64,000 bases of DNA from Rhynchopus sp. YZ270_cl-10 (lineage: Eukaryota). The stretch is taken from positions 1,364,001 through 1,428,000 of the forward strand of contig OZ037839.1 in NCBI GenBank assembly GCA_964035575.1, written 5' to 3'. The translations under genes were made by a program, and so were the position numbers. A model generated the notes under the pieces. That model worked only from the letters and a program-made list of their open reading frames with translations, had not been told where the DNA came from and made no database searches. This document shows, in pieces, positions 12,724-23,689 of this stretch (the first letter of the stretch is position 1; every line of letters begins with the position of its first letter).

Positions 12724-13596
12724 GAAGTACGCTGTGCGACGTGAGCGGGTTGTTGCTCATGTCACACGGGTCACCCATACCCTAGGTCGCCTTGCAACTC
12801 AAGAGTATGATACAAGTGTTGCGTACATCACACAACACTACGTTGACGTGCTCCTGCACTCACAACCCAACATGCAGCAGCAGGACTTTCGCACCTGGCC
12901 TGTCACCGCGGCTTTCTTAGCGATGAGTGTGAAAGCTATTCTGTACCCCTCTCTCTCAGTCATCAGCAAGCACTTTGCGATCTCTGCAGACCTTCTTTAC
13001 CATACAGAGCTCGAGCTTCTGAAGCTGCTCGACTTCAACACCCACGGTCGTCACAATGCGGGATCAGCTGAGTGCGTGGGAGTTTCTTGTTACGAGACAG
13101 TTCGAAGGGTGCTGCAATCGTTCTGCCTAAGGGTGTTCATGAGGATCTGTACAACAGACATGTCTGTGAAGAAAGGGGTGGGGCTGGCAGCAGCGCTGTT
13201 GGACAGTACAAGACGAAGGACATGAGCGGGTCACATCCTGCGTTGCGTGCTTTAGAGGAAGTGATGAAAGAAGAGATTTACGCAGCAGACTTTGGCGTGC
13301 GGAAAGATGTGCGGCACTTCCTCGAGCTTGTACCCTGCTCTGCGGAGATGGTCGCAGGTGCAGTGTACGGGGAGTTTATTCCCGCAGCCTTCGACCTTGT
13401 CTGCTGCAATGTCTCCTCCTTCCGTGAGTTCCCCCCCTCAGTAGTGATGCTCTGCTGTCTCCTGGTCGCAGCAACGCCTAATGTGGAGAACACCGCACAC
13501 AACACAGAACAGATCCAAGAGATGTGGGGTGTGCTCAAGCGTTGCTGCAGGCCGTTGTCTCAGGTATGGTTTTTGTCGGTAAAGGAGACCTCATGA
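12721..13596 (+). pseudogene. Degenerate cyclin-like fragment (two frames)
   Basis: Cyclin-box-like pattern R..VV.HV..V...YVD.LL...VTAAFLAMSVK...P...ELELLKLLDF, then a second-box-like FLE...F..FPPSVVMLCC in another frame; no proper start. Confidence 0.55.
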
Positions 13597-14132
13597 AGTG
13601 CGTCTGGCTTGCTTGTGTACATCGAGACCAATGCATGTTGTATTGGTGGGTGGGCGTGGGTGAAGTGTTGCACATCCAAACTTCCCCACATCACAGAATA
13701 ATAACTTCATCGCAAGCATCCCCAGGTGCGACATCGTGTTGCAGACAGCGTGCCACAGGCATATGAGGCAGTGCAGAAAGAGCTTATTCAGCGATTCACT
13801 GATTGCACGGATTCACCCCAGACCCTGCATCACGCAGACTTAATCAACGATACGTCTCGAATGATGCTTTCATTCATCTGACTGACGAGAGGAAGCGGGG
13901 GTAGAGCATATCAGATGTCAGAGGTAAACCACGAAATGGATGTAGGACTGCTTGTTGGGGTCCACCCCACGGTGCACCGGTCATTTGTACCAAGGTACAC
14001 TGTTCACGAGAGGGAATTGTATTTCAAGTCACATTTCTTTTCATTTCCCTCAACCTTACCCATGCACACCCCACCCCCGTTCATATCTAGAGTCAACTAT
14101 TAAATGAAATACCCCCACCTTTATATTTATTC

Positions 14133-14280
14133 GTTTACTGTTTACTGTTTACTGTTTACTGTTTACTGTTTACTGTTTACTGTTTACTGTTTACTGTTTA
14201 CTGTTTACTGTTTACTGTTTACTGTTTACTGTTTACTGTTTACTGTTTACTGTTTACTGTTTACTGTTTACTGTTTACTG
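14133..14280. repeat. (GTTTACT)n perfect microsatellite, ~21 copies
   Basis: Direct reading. Confidence 0.95.
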
Positions 14281-14485
14281 TTCACTGATGGCACCCATCC
14301 TGGGTAAAGACTCGTGAAATATCCCGAAGAACGCATATTTCATTTGGAGGCGTCCTTCACTGCAGTTGCACAGTGAAGCCATACTGCGTGATGCCGGGTG
14401 CTTATCCTCTCCTCTGTCCACACACCTCTTCACAAAGAGTAACGTCACTCCAGCACTGACAGACACAACATAAGACACACAAGTA

Positions 14486-17400
14486 ATGTCTGGGCAACAC
14501 GCAGGCAACCACAGCAACACTACGTTGCACGAGGCAGTGGTGGAAGCACGTGCAGATGTGGTGCAGGTGCTCATTGCTGCAGGGGCAGACATCGAAAAAA
14601 GAGACTCCCAAGGATGTGCGCCTCTTCTCCTTGCGTGCATGAGAGGGTGCCTCGACATTGTGAAGGTGTTGGTGCAAGCTGGTGCGGAACTGCGTGTCAC
14701 AAACTGGAACGATGATACAGGTCTTATCGCTGCTTCGCGTGAGGGACACACGGAGACTGTGCGCTATCTTGTGGGCTTGGGGCAGGTGGATGTGGATCAG
14801 GTAGGTGGGACGGACACAACCACTGCGTTGCACGAGGCAGGTGGTCAAAACCATGTAGATGTGGTGCAGGTGCTCATTGATGCAGGGGCAGACATCGAGA
14901 AAAAGGACTCTGATGAACGTACGCCTCTTCACCTTGCGTTCATGGAAGGGTGCCTCGACACTGTGAAGGTGTTGGTACGGGCTGGTGCGAAACTGAGTGG
15001 CACAGACCGCTACGGCGACACATGTCTTATCGCTGCTTCGCGTGAGGGACACACGGAGACTGTGCGCTATCTTGTGGGCTTGAGGCAGGTGGATGTGGAT
15101 CAGGTAGGTGGGCGGTTCACAAACACTGCGTTGCACGAGGCAGGTGGTAAAAACCATGTAGATGTGGTGCAGGTGCTCATTGATGCAGGGGCAGATATCG
15201 AGAAAGAGACCTCTTTGCGCCGTACGACTCCTCTTCTCTTTGCGTGCGTGAAAGGGTGCCTCGATGCTGTGAAGGTGTTGGTGCAAGCTGGCGCGGAAGT
15301 GCGTGTCGCAGGCGCCGACGGCGACACATGTCTTATGGCTGCTTCGCGTCTGGGAGACACGGAGACTGTGCGCTATCTTGTGGGATTGGGACAGGTGGAT
15401 GTGGATCAGGAAGGTGGGCGGTACGCAAACACTTCGTTGCACCGGGCACAAAACCATGCAGATGTGGTGCAGGTGCTCATTGATGCAGGGGCAGACATCG
15501 AGAAAAAGAACTCTGAAGGATATACGCCTCTTCACCTTGCGTGCATGAATGCGTGCCTCGACGCTGTGAAGGTGTTGGTGCAATCTGGTGCGGAAGTGCG
15601 TGTCACAAACTACGACGGCGACACATGTCTTATCGCTGCTTCGCGTGAGGGACACACGGAGACTGTGCGCTATCTTGTGGGCTTGGGGCAAGTGGATGTG
15701 GATCAGGTAGGTGGGCCGGACGCAAACACTGCGTTGCACGAGGCAGTTGGTAAAAACCATGCAGATGTGGTGCAGGTGCTCATTGATGCAGGGGCGGACA
15801 TCGAGAAAAAGGATGCCTGGGGGCGCTCGCCTCTGCTGTTGGGTTGCAAGTCAAACGTGAATGATGTTGTGAAGGTACTGATTCGAGCAGGTGCGGATGT
15901 GGGTGCAAGAGACCGAGATGGCATGACATGTCTCATGTTTGCGTCTGCTGGTGGATTCACGACGATTGTGAAAAGCCTTCTGTGCATGGCAGAGGTGGGT
16001 GTGGACCTCGTTGATGCTGAGCACTGGACTGCGTTGCACCAATCAGTGGCCAACAAAGAGGAGGCTGTGATACAGGTGCTCATTGATGCAGGTGCAGACG
16101 TGGAAGCAAAGAGCGAGTTGGTCTGTTCGCCTCTGATGATGGCTTGTCGGGCGGGTGAGGTCCATATCGTGAGGATGTTGCTAGAAGCGGGTGCACGGCT
16201 GCATATACAGGGCAATGGCAATATCCGTTTCGATGCAGCAGCGCGTTACCCCAAATCATATGCAGCTGAGGTGCAGGAGCTCATTGATTCAGGTGCACGC
16301 ATCGAGAAATGGGACGACAGAGGACCTTCGCCTCTGGTGTGTGCGTGCATGGGAGTGGACCGCGACATTGTGAATCTGTTGGTGCAAGCTGGTGCGGAAC
16401 TGCGTGTCACAGAACATATAGAGGAGCTATCACAGCACTTTGAAGCTGCTGCAGGGACCAGAAAAAAACATAAAACACAGAAGGTGACATGTCTGATTAC
16501 TGCTGCGGAAGAGGGAGGCACGGAGACTGTGCGTTATCTTATGGTAGGCGTGGGGCAGGAAGTGGATCAGGCAGGTGGCGTCGTTGATGCCGACGTTTCC
16601 GACATCCAGGCAGATGTGACAAACACAGCAGCACTCAGCGAACTGCGTCAAATGGATTCAGCAGCAAAGAAACGCTTGCGCGAGAAACTTGAACCAATTC
16701 GTGCTGTTTGGGAACACATGGCGACGTCCCGTTCTGCACCGGAGGTTCCACTTGTTGCTGCTGAAGTTGTCACACTTCGTCAAGCTGCCAGCATGCAGGA
16801 GGAAGTGCAGAAAGAACTGATTCAGCGATTCACTGATTGCACAGATTCAGCAGAAAAGGAACTCTTGCGCAACAAACTTCTCTCAATGCGTGCGACATGG
16901 GAACACATGGCAGAGTCACGTCAGCATGAAGGAGCAGAACAGCAACCTATTGATGCCGATGTTTCCAGAACAAACAGAACAGGCTCCAACACACTGCATG
17001 GAGTTGTCGGCATGCAGGAGGAAGTGCAGAAAGAACTGATTCAGCGATTCACTGATTGCACAGATGAAGATGAAAAAGAACTCTTGCGCAACAAACTTCT
17101 CTCAATGCGTGCGACATGGGAACACATGGCAGAGTCACGTCAGCATGAAGGAGCAGAACAGCAACCTATTGATGCCGATGTTTCCAGAACAAACAGAACA
17201 GGCTCCAACACACTGCATGGAGTTGTCGGCATGCAGGAGGAAGTGCAGAAAGAACTGATTCAGCGATTCACTGATTGCACAGATGAAGATGAAAAAGAAC
17301 TCTTGCGCAACAAACTTCTCTCAATGCGTGCGACATGGGAACACATGGCAGATTCACGTCAACATGCAGGAGCAGAACAGCAACCTATTGATGCCGATGT

Positions 17401-17902
17401 TTCCAGAACAAACAGAACAGGCTCCAACACACTGCATGGAGTTGTCGGCATGCAGGAGGAAGTGCAGAAAGAACTGATTCAGCGATTCACTGATTGCACA
17501 GATTCAGCAGAAAAGGAACTCTTGCGCAACAAACTTCTCTCAATGCGTGCGACATGGGAACACATGGCAGAGTCACGTCAGCATGCAGGAGCAGAACAGC
17601 AACCTATTGATGCCGATGTTTCCAGAACAGATGTTACAAACAGAACAGGCTCCAACACACTGCATGGAGTTGTCGGCATGCAGGAGGAAGTGCAGAAAGA
17701 ACTGATTCAGCGATTCACTGATTGCACAGATTCAGCAGAAAAGGAACTCTTGCGCAACAAACTTCTCTCAATGCGTGCGACATGGGAACACATGGCAGAT
17801 TCACGTCAACATGCAGGAGCAGAACAGCAACCTATTGATGCCGATGTTTCCAGAACAGATGTTACAAACAGAACAGGCTCCAACACACTGCTGGAGTTGT
17901 AA
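14486..17902 (+). CDS. Ankyrin-repeat protein, copy 2, with five C-terminal 73-76 aa repeats
   Basis: 1138 aa ORF paralogous to 10003-12723; five MQEEVQKELIQRFTDCTD... units; degenerate sixth unit after the stop (17909-17975). Confidence 0.9.
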   Translation: MSGQHAGNHSNTTLHEAVVEARADVVQVLIAAGADIEKRDSQGCAPLLLACMRGCLDIVKVLVQAGAELRVTNWNDDTGLIAASREGHTETVRYLVGLGQVDVDQVGGTDTTTALHEAGGQNHVDVVQVLIDAGADIEKKDSDERTPLHLAFMEGCLDTVKVLVRAGAKLSGTDRYGDTCLIAASREGHTETVRYLVGLRQVDVDQVGGRFTNTALHEAGGKNHVDVVQVLIDAGADIEKETSLRRTTPLLFACVKGCLDAVKVLVQAGAEVRVAGADGDTCLMAASRLGDTETVRYLVGLGQVDVDQEGGRYANTSLHRAQNHADVVQVLIDAGADIEKKNSEGYTPLHLACMNACLDAVKVLVQSGAEVRVTNYDGDTCLIAASREGHTETVRYLVGLGQVDVDQVGGPDANTALHEAVGKNHADVVQVLIDAGADIEKKDAWGRSPLLLGCKSNVNDVVKVLIRAGADVGARDRDGMTCLMFASAGGFTTIVKSLLCMAEVGVDLVDAEHWTALHQSVANKEEAVIQVLIDAGADVEAKSELVCSPLMMACRAGEVHIVRMLLEAGARLHIQGNGNIRFDAAARYPKSYAAEVQELIDSGARIEKWDDRGPSPLVCACMGVDRDIVNLLVQAGAELRVTEHIEELSQHFEAAAGTRKKHKTQKVTCLITAAEEGGTETVRYLMVGVGQEVDQAGGVVDADVSDIQADVTNTAALSELRQMDSAAKKRLREKLEPIRAVWEHMATSRSAPEVPLVAAEVVTLRQAASMQEEVQKELIQRFTDCTDSAEKELLRNKLLSMRATWEHMAESRQHEGAEQQPIDADVSRTNRTGSNTLHGVVGMQEEVQKELIQRFTDCTDEDEKELLRNKLLSMRATWEHMAESRQHEGAEQQPIDADVSRTNRTGSNTLHGVVGMQEEVQKELIQRFTDCTDEDEKELLRNKLLSMRATWEHMADSRQHAGAEQQPIDADVSRTNRTGSNTLHGVVGMQEEVQKELIQRFTDCTDSAEKELLRNKLLSMRATWEHMAESRQHAGAEQQPIDADVSRTDVTNRTGSNTLHGVVGMQEEVQKELIQRFTDCTDSAEKELLRNKLLSMRATWEHMADSRQHAGAEQQPIDADVSRTDVTNRTGSNTLLEL

Positions 17903-18266
17903 ACCTTCATGAGGAAGTGCAGAAGAGCTTATTAAGTGATTCACTGATTACGTGGCTTCAGCAGAAAAGGAGAAGCAGCCACAACACCACGCCAAATATT
18001 TTTACCGTGCTGATATGGGACCGGGGGACGAGTGTATGATGTTAGGAACTGCAACACTCTGCGCTTGCAAGCAGATGGTGGACGCTGGAGGCGGAACGGC
18101 CGTCTTTTTTGATCGCATATATTATCTAAAGCTTTTACCACCACCCACTCTTTTTTTTTTAATATCAAACACCACCCTCACCACCCTCCCCCTCCCTCTC
18201 TCCCCCCTTTCAATAACGTATCTCTTGTCACATTTTTTAGGTTACACAATAAGAGCAGAGGGGAAC

Positions 18267-20831
18267 ATGTTTTGTCGCACCGCCCCCATGTGGGCAGAGG
18301 TTTTTCTATTGGTCGCCCTGGGTTGGAGTGTGTCTGGTACACCTATCGACGTTGACGAGCTTGATTGCGCTATGAGGCGGCTCATGCTGGACCAGGCACG
18401 CACCGCACAGCCTTGGCGCGCACACCTCGCCAGGGAAGTCTTTGACTCTCTCCGTCTGGATGCGCTGTGTGGTGACACCCCGCCAACCACCACCACCACC
18501 ACCACGATCACCACTTCCTCCCTCCCCACCGACTCTCGTCTCTTCTATGTGTCCCCCAATGCTTCCTCGGGGAACGGCAATATCGAGACACCATTTTCCA
18601 CCGTCCACGAGGCTTTAAATAAATCCCGCGAATTTCCAGGAGAAAAACGGGCCATTGTTTTGCGTGGCGGAGTGCACCTTTTGTCTGAAACCCTCGCATT
18701 TGGTGCAGGCGACGCAGGAAGCACGCTGATGAGCTACCCTGGGGAGGAGGCGTGGCTGTCTGGGGGGCAGGTCATCCCGCGCACCGCACCGTGGAAGAAG
18801 GGGGTGGATGGGAGCTACTCGGTTACACTTAACGATTCTATCTCTGAAGTACTGGGTCTCTTTACCCTTGACACACATCGCCGTTTAACCCGCGCACGCT
18901 TCCCCAACGCTGATGCCGAGACAGCACAATGGGGCTACGCATCCACAGACCGTTTGACCTATGCCATCGACTCCTCAATGGTAGACCACTGGTGGAAACC
19001 CCCGGTGCATCCTATCCCCGCCTTTACGTACACAGACCTCTCTTCCACCAATCCATCTGGCCACATCAAGAACGACTCTGATATGCCAGAGTACAATACA
19101 TATGGGTATGGTGTAGGAGGTGTCTGCAACACCGTCTGGGAGAAGGACACCCCGAGCTATTGGTGTGGGAACAACTCCGCTGGAGGATGGGCTGAGGTCG
19201 ACCAACAGGCAGTTAAGGCAGGACAATTGAATTTGCCAATCGGGATGACCTTCACGGATGATCCACGGTTAAGACGATTCGCGCTTTGGGAAAATGCAAC
19301 CGGCGCGATCGTTCATGCCTGGCACAGCCAATCGTGGTTCACCAATATGTTTGAGGTAGGCACGCAAAACAAAACCGAACATTCCCTTACCTTTACGAGA
19401 GGAGGTCAGCAGGGGGGGAGGAATTGGTGTAGATGCGATCAATGCAGTTATGCGGCACCTTGGTGCGGCCAGCACCAGCAGCCTCCGCAGAACAACGATA
19501 CGCGCCTCATCTCTGGGGGCTGGTTTGTTGAAAATGTCCTGGAAGAGTTGGACGCCAAGACCGAATGGTACTTTGCCCCAGACAGCCACACCCTGCATCT
19601 GAAGCCCAACGGCAGCATCTCCGCCGAAGACCTTGTAGTCCCACTCCTCCGCCGTCTGGTAAGCATCGTCAACACAACCGACATCACAATCGAAGGCATC
19701 GGCTTCCGCGACGCACAGTACACCTTCATGGATGACTGGGCAGCACCTAGCGGAGGGGATTGGGCTATTCACCGTGGCGGTGCGGTCTTCATCGAGAACG
19801 CTGCGTCTGTTAGCATCGCAAACTGTACTTTCAAACGGCTTGACGGAAATGCATTGTTCCTTTCAAGAAAAACGCGGAATGTTACTATCGATTCCAACGA
19901 ATTTGTTTGGATTGGAGACAGCGCGATGGCAACGTGGGGTGATACTGATGGGTATGATGCTACCTCAGGCGCACAACCACGTGGTACAATGGTACGCAAC
20001 AACTACATTCATGAAATCGGAATCTACGAAAAACAGTCCTCCGCTTGGGGACAAAACAAAGCATGTCAGACGACCTTCGAGAACAACATCCTCTTTAATA
20101 TGCCGCGCGCCGCAATCAACCTTAACGATGCTCTCGGTGGCGACAACGCCTTCGTAAAAAACCTCATCTGGAATACCTGCCGTGAATCTGGAGACCACGG
20201 CCCGATCAACACATGGGATAGAATGCCTTTTCTCACCGACATCGCTACCCCGGGAACCCCTAGCTTCACCCCTGCACCAACCCGCATTGAACAAAACTTC
20301 ATCTTCGCCAACTACGGAGGCGCTCAAGGGGTCGACAACGACGACGGATCCTCCTTTTTCCACATCTCCGGAAACGTTTTTTACGCCGCAGATGGCTTCA
20401 AAATGGACTATGGCGGGCATGACTCTCTCTTTACCAACAACCTGGTAGTGACGTTCCCATATGATGGACAGAACTGCATGAACGTCGGCCCCTTCAAGAA
20501 GGGCCACGGCGACACCTATAAGGACAACAAATGCATCATCGGGGTAGGGGCTAAAACGGTTCCCTCTGGCTGTGGAGACCCTTCCTGTGCAGGGCCGGTT
20601 AGTACGGACCTTTATCACGTAACCTCGCAGAATCAGTGTGATGAAAGCATTGTGCACACCGGGGGGAACAAATTCTTTACGCCGAATGGGACGGCGATTG
20701 TGACGTGTGGGGGGGAGAGTATGACCTTGGAGGAGGCGCAGGTGAAGTACAGCATTCAGCCGGGTTCTACTGCAGCAGAGTATCCGCTTGTGGAAGAGAT
20801 CGTGCTGTGGGCGAAGGAGTTGGTGATGTGA
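18267..20831 (+). CDS. Secreted right-handed beta-helix (pectin-lyase fold) protein, GH141-like putative glycosidase
   Basis: Signal-peptide-like N-terminus; FYVSP..G.G....PF, LRGGVH, ARFPN, FVENVLEELD..EWYF motifs; Asn-ladder repeats; pyrimidine tract with AG at 18239-18240 upstream of the ATG. Confidence 0.8.
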   Translation: MFCRTAPMWAEVFLLVALGWSVSGTPIDVDELDCAMRRLMLDQARTAQPWRAHLAREVFDSLRLDALCGDTPPTTTTTTTITTSSLPTDSRLFYVSPNASSGNGNIETPFSTVHEALNKSREFPGEKRAIVLRGGVHLLSETLAFGAGDAGSTLMSYPGEEAWLSGGQVIPRTAPWKKGVDGSYSVTLNDSISEVLGLFTLDTHRRLTRARFPNADAETAQWGYASTDRLTYAIDSSMVDHWWKPPVHPIPAFTYTDLSSTNPSGHIKNDSDMPEYNTYGYGVGGVCNTVWEKDTPSYWCGNNSAGGWAEVDQQAVKAGQLNLPIGMTFTDDPRLRRFALWENATGAIVHAWHSQSWFTNMFEVGTQNKTEHSLTFTRGGQQGGRNWCRCDQCSYAAPWCGQHQQPPQNNDTRLISGGWFVENVLEELDAKTEWYFAPDSHTLHLKPNGSISAEDLVVPLLRRLVSIVNTTDITIEGIGFRDAQYTFMDDWAAPSGGDWAIHRGGAVFIENAASVSIANCTFKRLDGNALFLSRKTRNVTIDSNEFVWIGDSAMATWGDTDGYDATSGAQPRGTMVRNNYIHEIGIYEKQSSAWGQNKACQTTFENNILFNMPRAAINLNDALGGDNAFVKNLIWNTCRESGDHGPINTWDRMPFLTDIATPGTPSFTPAPTRIEQNFIFANYGGAQGVDNDDGSSFFHISGNVFYAADGFKMDYGGHDSLFTNNLVVTFPYDGQNCMNVGPFKKGHGDTYKDNKCIIGVGAKTVPSGCGDPSCAGPVSTDLYHVTSQNQCDESIVHTGGNKFFTPNGTAIVTCGGESMTLEEAQVKYSIQPGSTAAEYPLVEEIVLWAKELVM

Positions 20832-21869
20832 AAATGTGGGGGAGGAGGAGGAGGAGGTATTGCATTTGCAAACGTTGTGTAGAAAAAAAAGGATCGATTT
20901 TTGAATTTTGTTTTTTTTAGAATCGTTTTGTTCAAAAAAAAGGGTGTCTTTTTGCTGAGTACAAAACCCTCGTGTAGGGGGGGAGGGTGATGTGATACAA
21001 CGAAGAGAAAGAAACAGAAAAAAAAAATTAATGACCATTATTAGTCTGTAAACACAAGAGCCGACAGATTTTTTATTTTTGGGAAATAATCCTGCTGGGA
21101 AGCTCACCGACAGACAAAAAACTTTATTGTTGTTACTTTTGTTTACATTCCTCTCTCTTTCTCTTTCTCTCCCTCTCTCCCCCCGAAATCACGTTTATGA
21201 TGGAGGACGCATGCTTTGTGTCTACACTAATATAAGATTTCAAAACAAAAAAAATATTGTAGTGGAGCTCATCCTTGGGTGGTCTACACTAATCCAACCC
21301 AAGTTTTTCATAAAGCAAAAAGCAAAAAAAACAAAGATGATCTGCATCTATGCCTTTCTGTAGTACAAAAAGCTTCGGCCGACATTGAGTAGAAGATCTT
21401 AATACCAGTAGGTGTAAAGTGATTGTCGATACAACAAAAAACACGGGTCGGGAAAGATCTTTTTTTTTTTTTTTTTTTTCGAGAAAAAAAATCCTCTTCT
21501 CCCGAAAAAAAAAAAAAAAAAAAGATTTTTGGGAGAAAAAAAAAAAGAGAAAAGATTTGAAAATCCTGGAAAAATCCTGAAAAAATCCTGAAAAATCCTG
21601 GAAAAATCCATGAAATTTCATGAAAAATCTCGAGATCTTGAGAAATCTTTGAAAAAAAAAAAAAAAAAAAAAAAAGATTTTCAAAATCTTTTTTTTTTTT
21701 TTTTCCCCACGGTGCAGTCTGTCCTGGAAATGTCGGACCCTTTTGTCGGAGTCCGAGGGGGTCCGACAGTCGGACCCCCTGAGTCCGACAGTCGGACTCA
21801 GGGGTCCGACTGTCGGACTCACAGTCGGACCCCTGAGTCCGACTGCCGGACCCTGGGGTCCGACAGGCA

Positions 21870-22240
21870 CACCCAGGTGCCCAGGTGCCCAGGTACCCAG
21901 GTACCCAGGTGCCCAGGTACCCAGGTACCCAGGTACCCAGGTACCCAGGTACCCAGGTACCCAGGTACCCAGGTACCCAGGTACCCAGGTACCCAGGTAC
22001 CCAGGTACCCAGGTACCCAGGTACCCAGGTACCCAGGTACCCAGGTACCCAGGTACCCAGGTACCCAGGTACCCAGGTACCCAGGTACCCAGGTACCCAG
22101 GTACCCAGGTACCCAGGTACCCAGGTACCCAGGTACCCAGGTACCCAGGTACCCAGGTACCCAGGTACCCAGGTACCCAGGTACCCAGGTACCCAGGTAC
22201 CCAGGTACCCAGGTCCAGGTCCAGGAACAGGTACCCAGGA
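21870..22240. repeat. (GTACCCAG)n 8-mer satellite
   Basis: Direct reading. Confidence 0.95.
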
Positions 22241-22316
22241 ACAGGAAAAAAGTCGTGAAAGAGCAACCACAGCTCCACATGACAAACACAAAAGTGTCCA
22301 GTCACGTGGGGCATTC

Positions 22317-23626
22317 ATGCACTGAGGAGATAATGATCCAACAATTTACAAGAAAGATTACTTAACCTACTGCTGGAAGTTGCCAGGTCGTAGTAACACA
22401 CAAGTGTGCCTCCGTTCGGGAAGACCGGATATTCTAGAGACCAGAAAGGCCTCAAGAATATCTTCCGGTAGTCAAGGTAGAACCGAGTGAACGGCCCAAG
22501 ACCCCCGTGGAGAAGTTAAATGTTGTAATGCTATCAGGTAGAAACTGCGAACACTGTCTTACCCTCCTCAATGCATGGTGGTTGATGTCTTCCACAACAA
22601 ATTTCCTGTACCCAGGTACCCAAATTCCCAGACCCACGCAGTGGCACATGACCGCCAAGTGTGAGTGACCCACACATGAGGGAATGCGACACTACGCAAA
22701 ATTTACCACCAGACCCTGTCTTCGTGCACCTGAAGTACAACGCCGCAGACAGGCCAAACATGCGTTGGACTCAGAGGAATGCCCGCTGTGCAGGTATCAA
22801 ACATGAGAACCAACTCCCAGCAACAAGGGGCGCCTTTTGGCGGGCGTTGTTGAGGGTGTTTGGGGTGCAAAGTTTTCCACAATTTTGATGCGCGGGTACA
22901 GAAGTGTTGTCTTGTTCTTTCATCTCTAGGAATGTAAATGTCAATCGCGTTTAACTATCACGAGGGCTTGTTTAGTGAACCCACGAGGGGTCGAAGGGGG
23001 TTGGTTATCCCATATCTATCAAAGGTTGTGTCGACCAGGCGAATCCACTATGTTACGCTGTACGTTGTTAAATCCGAAGAAATAACGCTTTAGCAGCCGC
23101 AGGAAGTTTGTTAAAAAGAGTGCCTCACGCTACACAAACCACCACCCGCGATTGACTTAGATGTTATAACAAAGAGAATTCAGAACAAAACAACACCCTG
23201 CCCCATACACACTAAATTGTCATGCTTCAAGAGCATGCCTGGGCCAAAATTACTGTGACAAAAAGGCAACAAGACCACCCACAAGGAGTGTGAAATGTGC
23301 ACTGGTTTTCTGGGGGAACGCAATATTTTCTTGTGCCTCGTCCTCCGCAAGCAGAGGACAGACTTTCCGGAAGGTTTCCAAAGTCGAATTTCTTGCACTA
23401 GCTATGCTCCCTGGGTTAAATGGCAATAGCAGTGACTGACAAAGTGTACCCATCCCCCTTCCACCCCAGATCTTAGTCCGCAAACTCAGAATGGATTGAT
23501 GCGGGTGATACTCTTTGGATTTTGAGTTGCTGAATGTCGGAGACGCGGCGAGGCTTCTCATCACAATCGCAGATGCAGTTCAGATTTCACGATCCTGTGA
23601 TGAGTGTAAATGTGGAGTGTGATTAA
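22317..23626 (+). pseudogene. Decayed transposase C-terminal region, piggyBac-like (inverted copy at 45392-46644)
   Basis: YNAADRPN...FWRALLRVFG motif and a frameshifted Cys-rich C..C..KGNKTTHKECEMC...IFLC...C tail resembling the piggyBac CRD; many stops. Confidence 0.4.
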
Positions 23627-23689
23627 TGAATGAAATGTATGGTGTAGAAACGCAGTTATCGGGAAAGGTGAGGTTAATGTGGTAAAAAA

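Noticed and set aside
9949..15760. Long - strand ORFs of 612 and 452 aa
   Set aside because: Antisense shadows of the repetitive ankyrin genes.
17952..18266. N-terminal extension of the 959 aa ORF
   Set aside because: Runs through a degenerate ankyrin-gene repeat and a pyrimidine tract; a signal peptide starts at ATG 18267.
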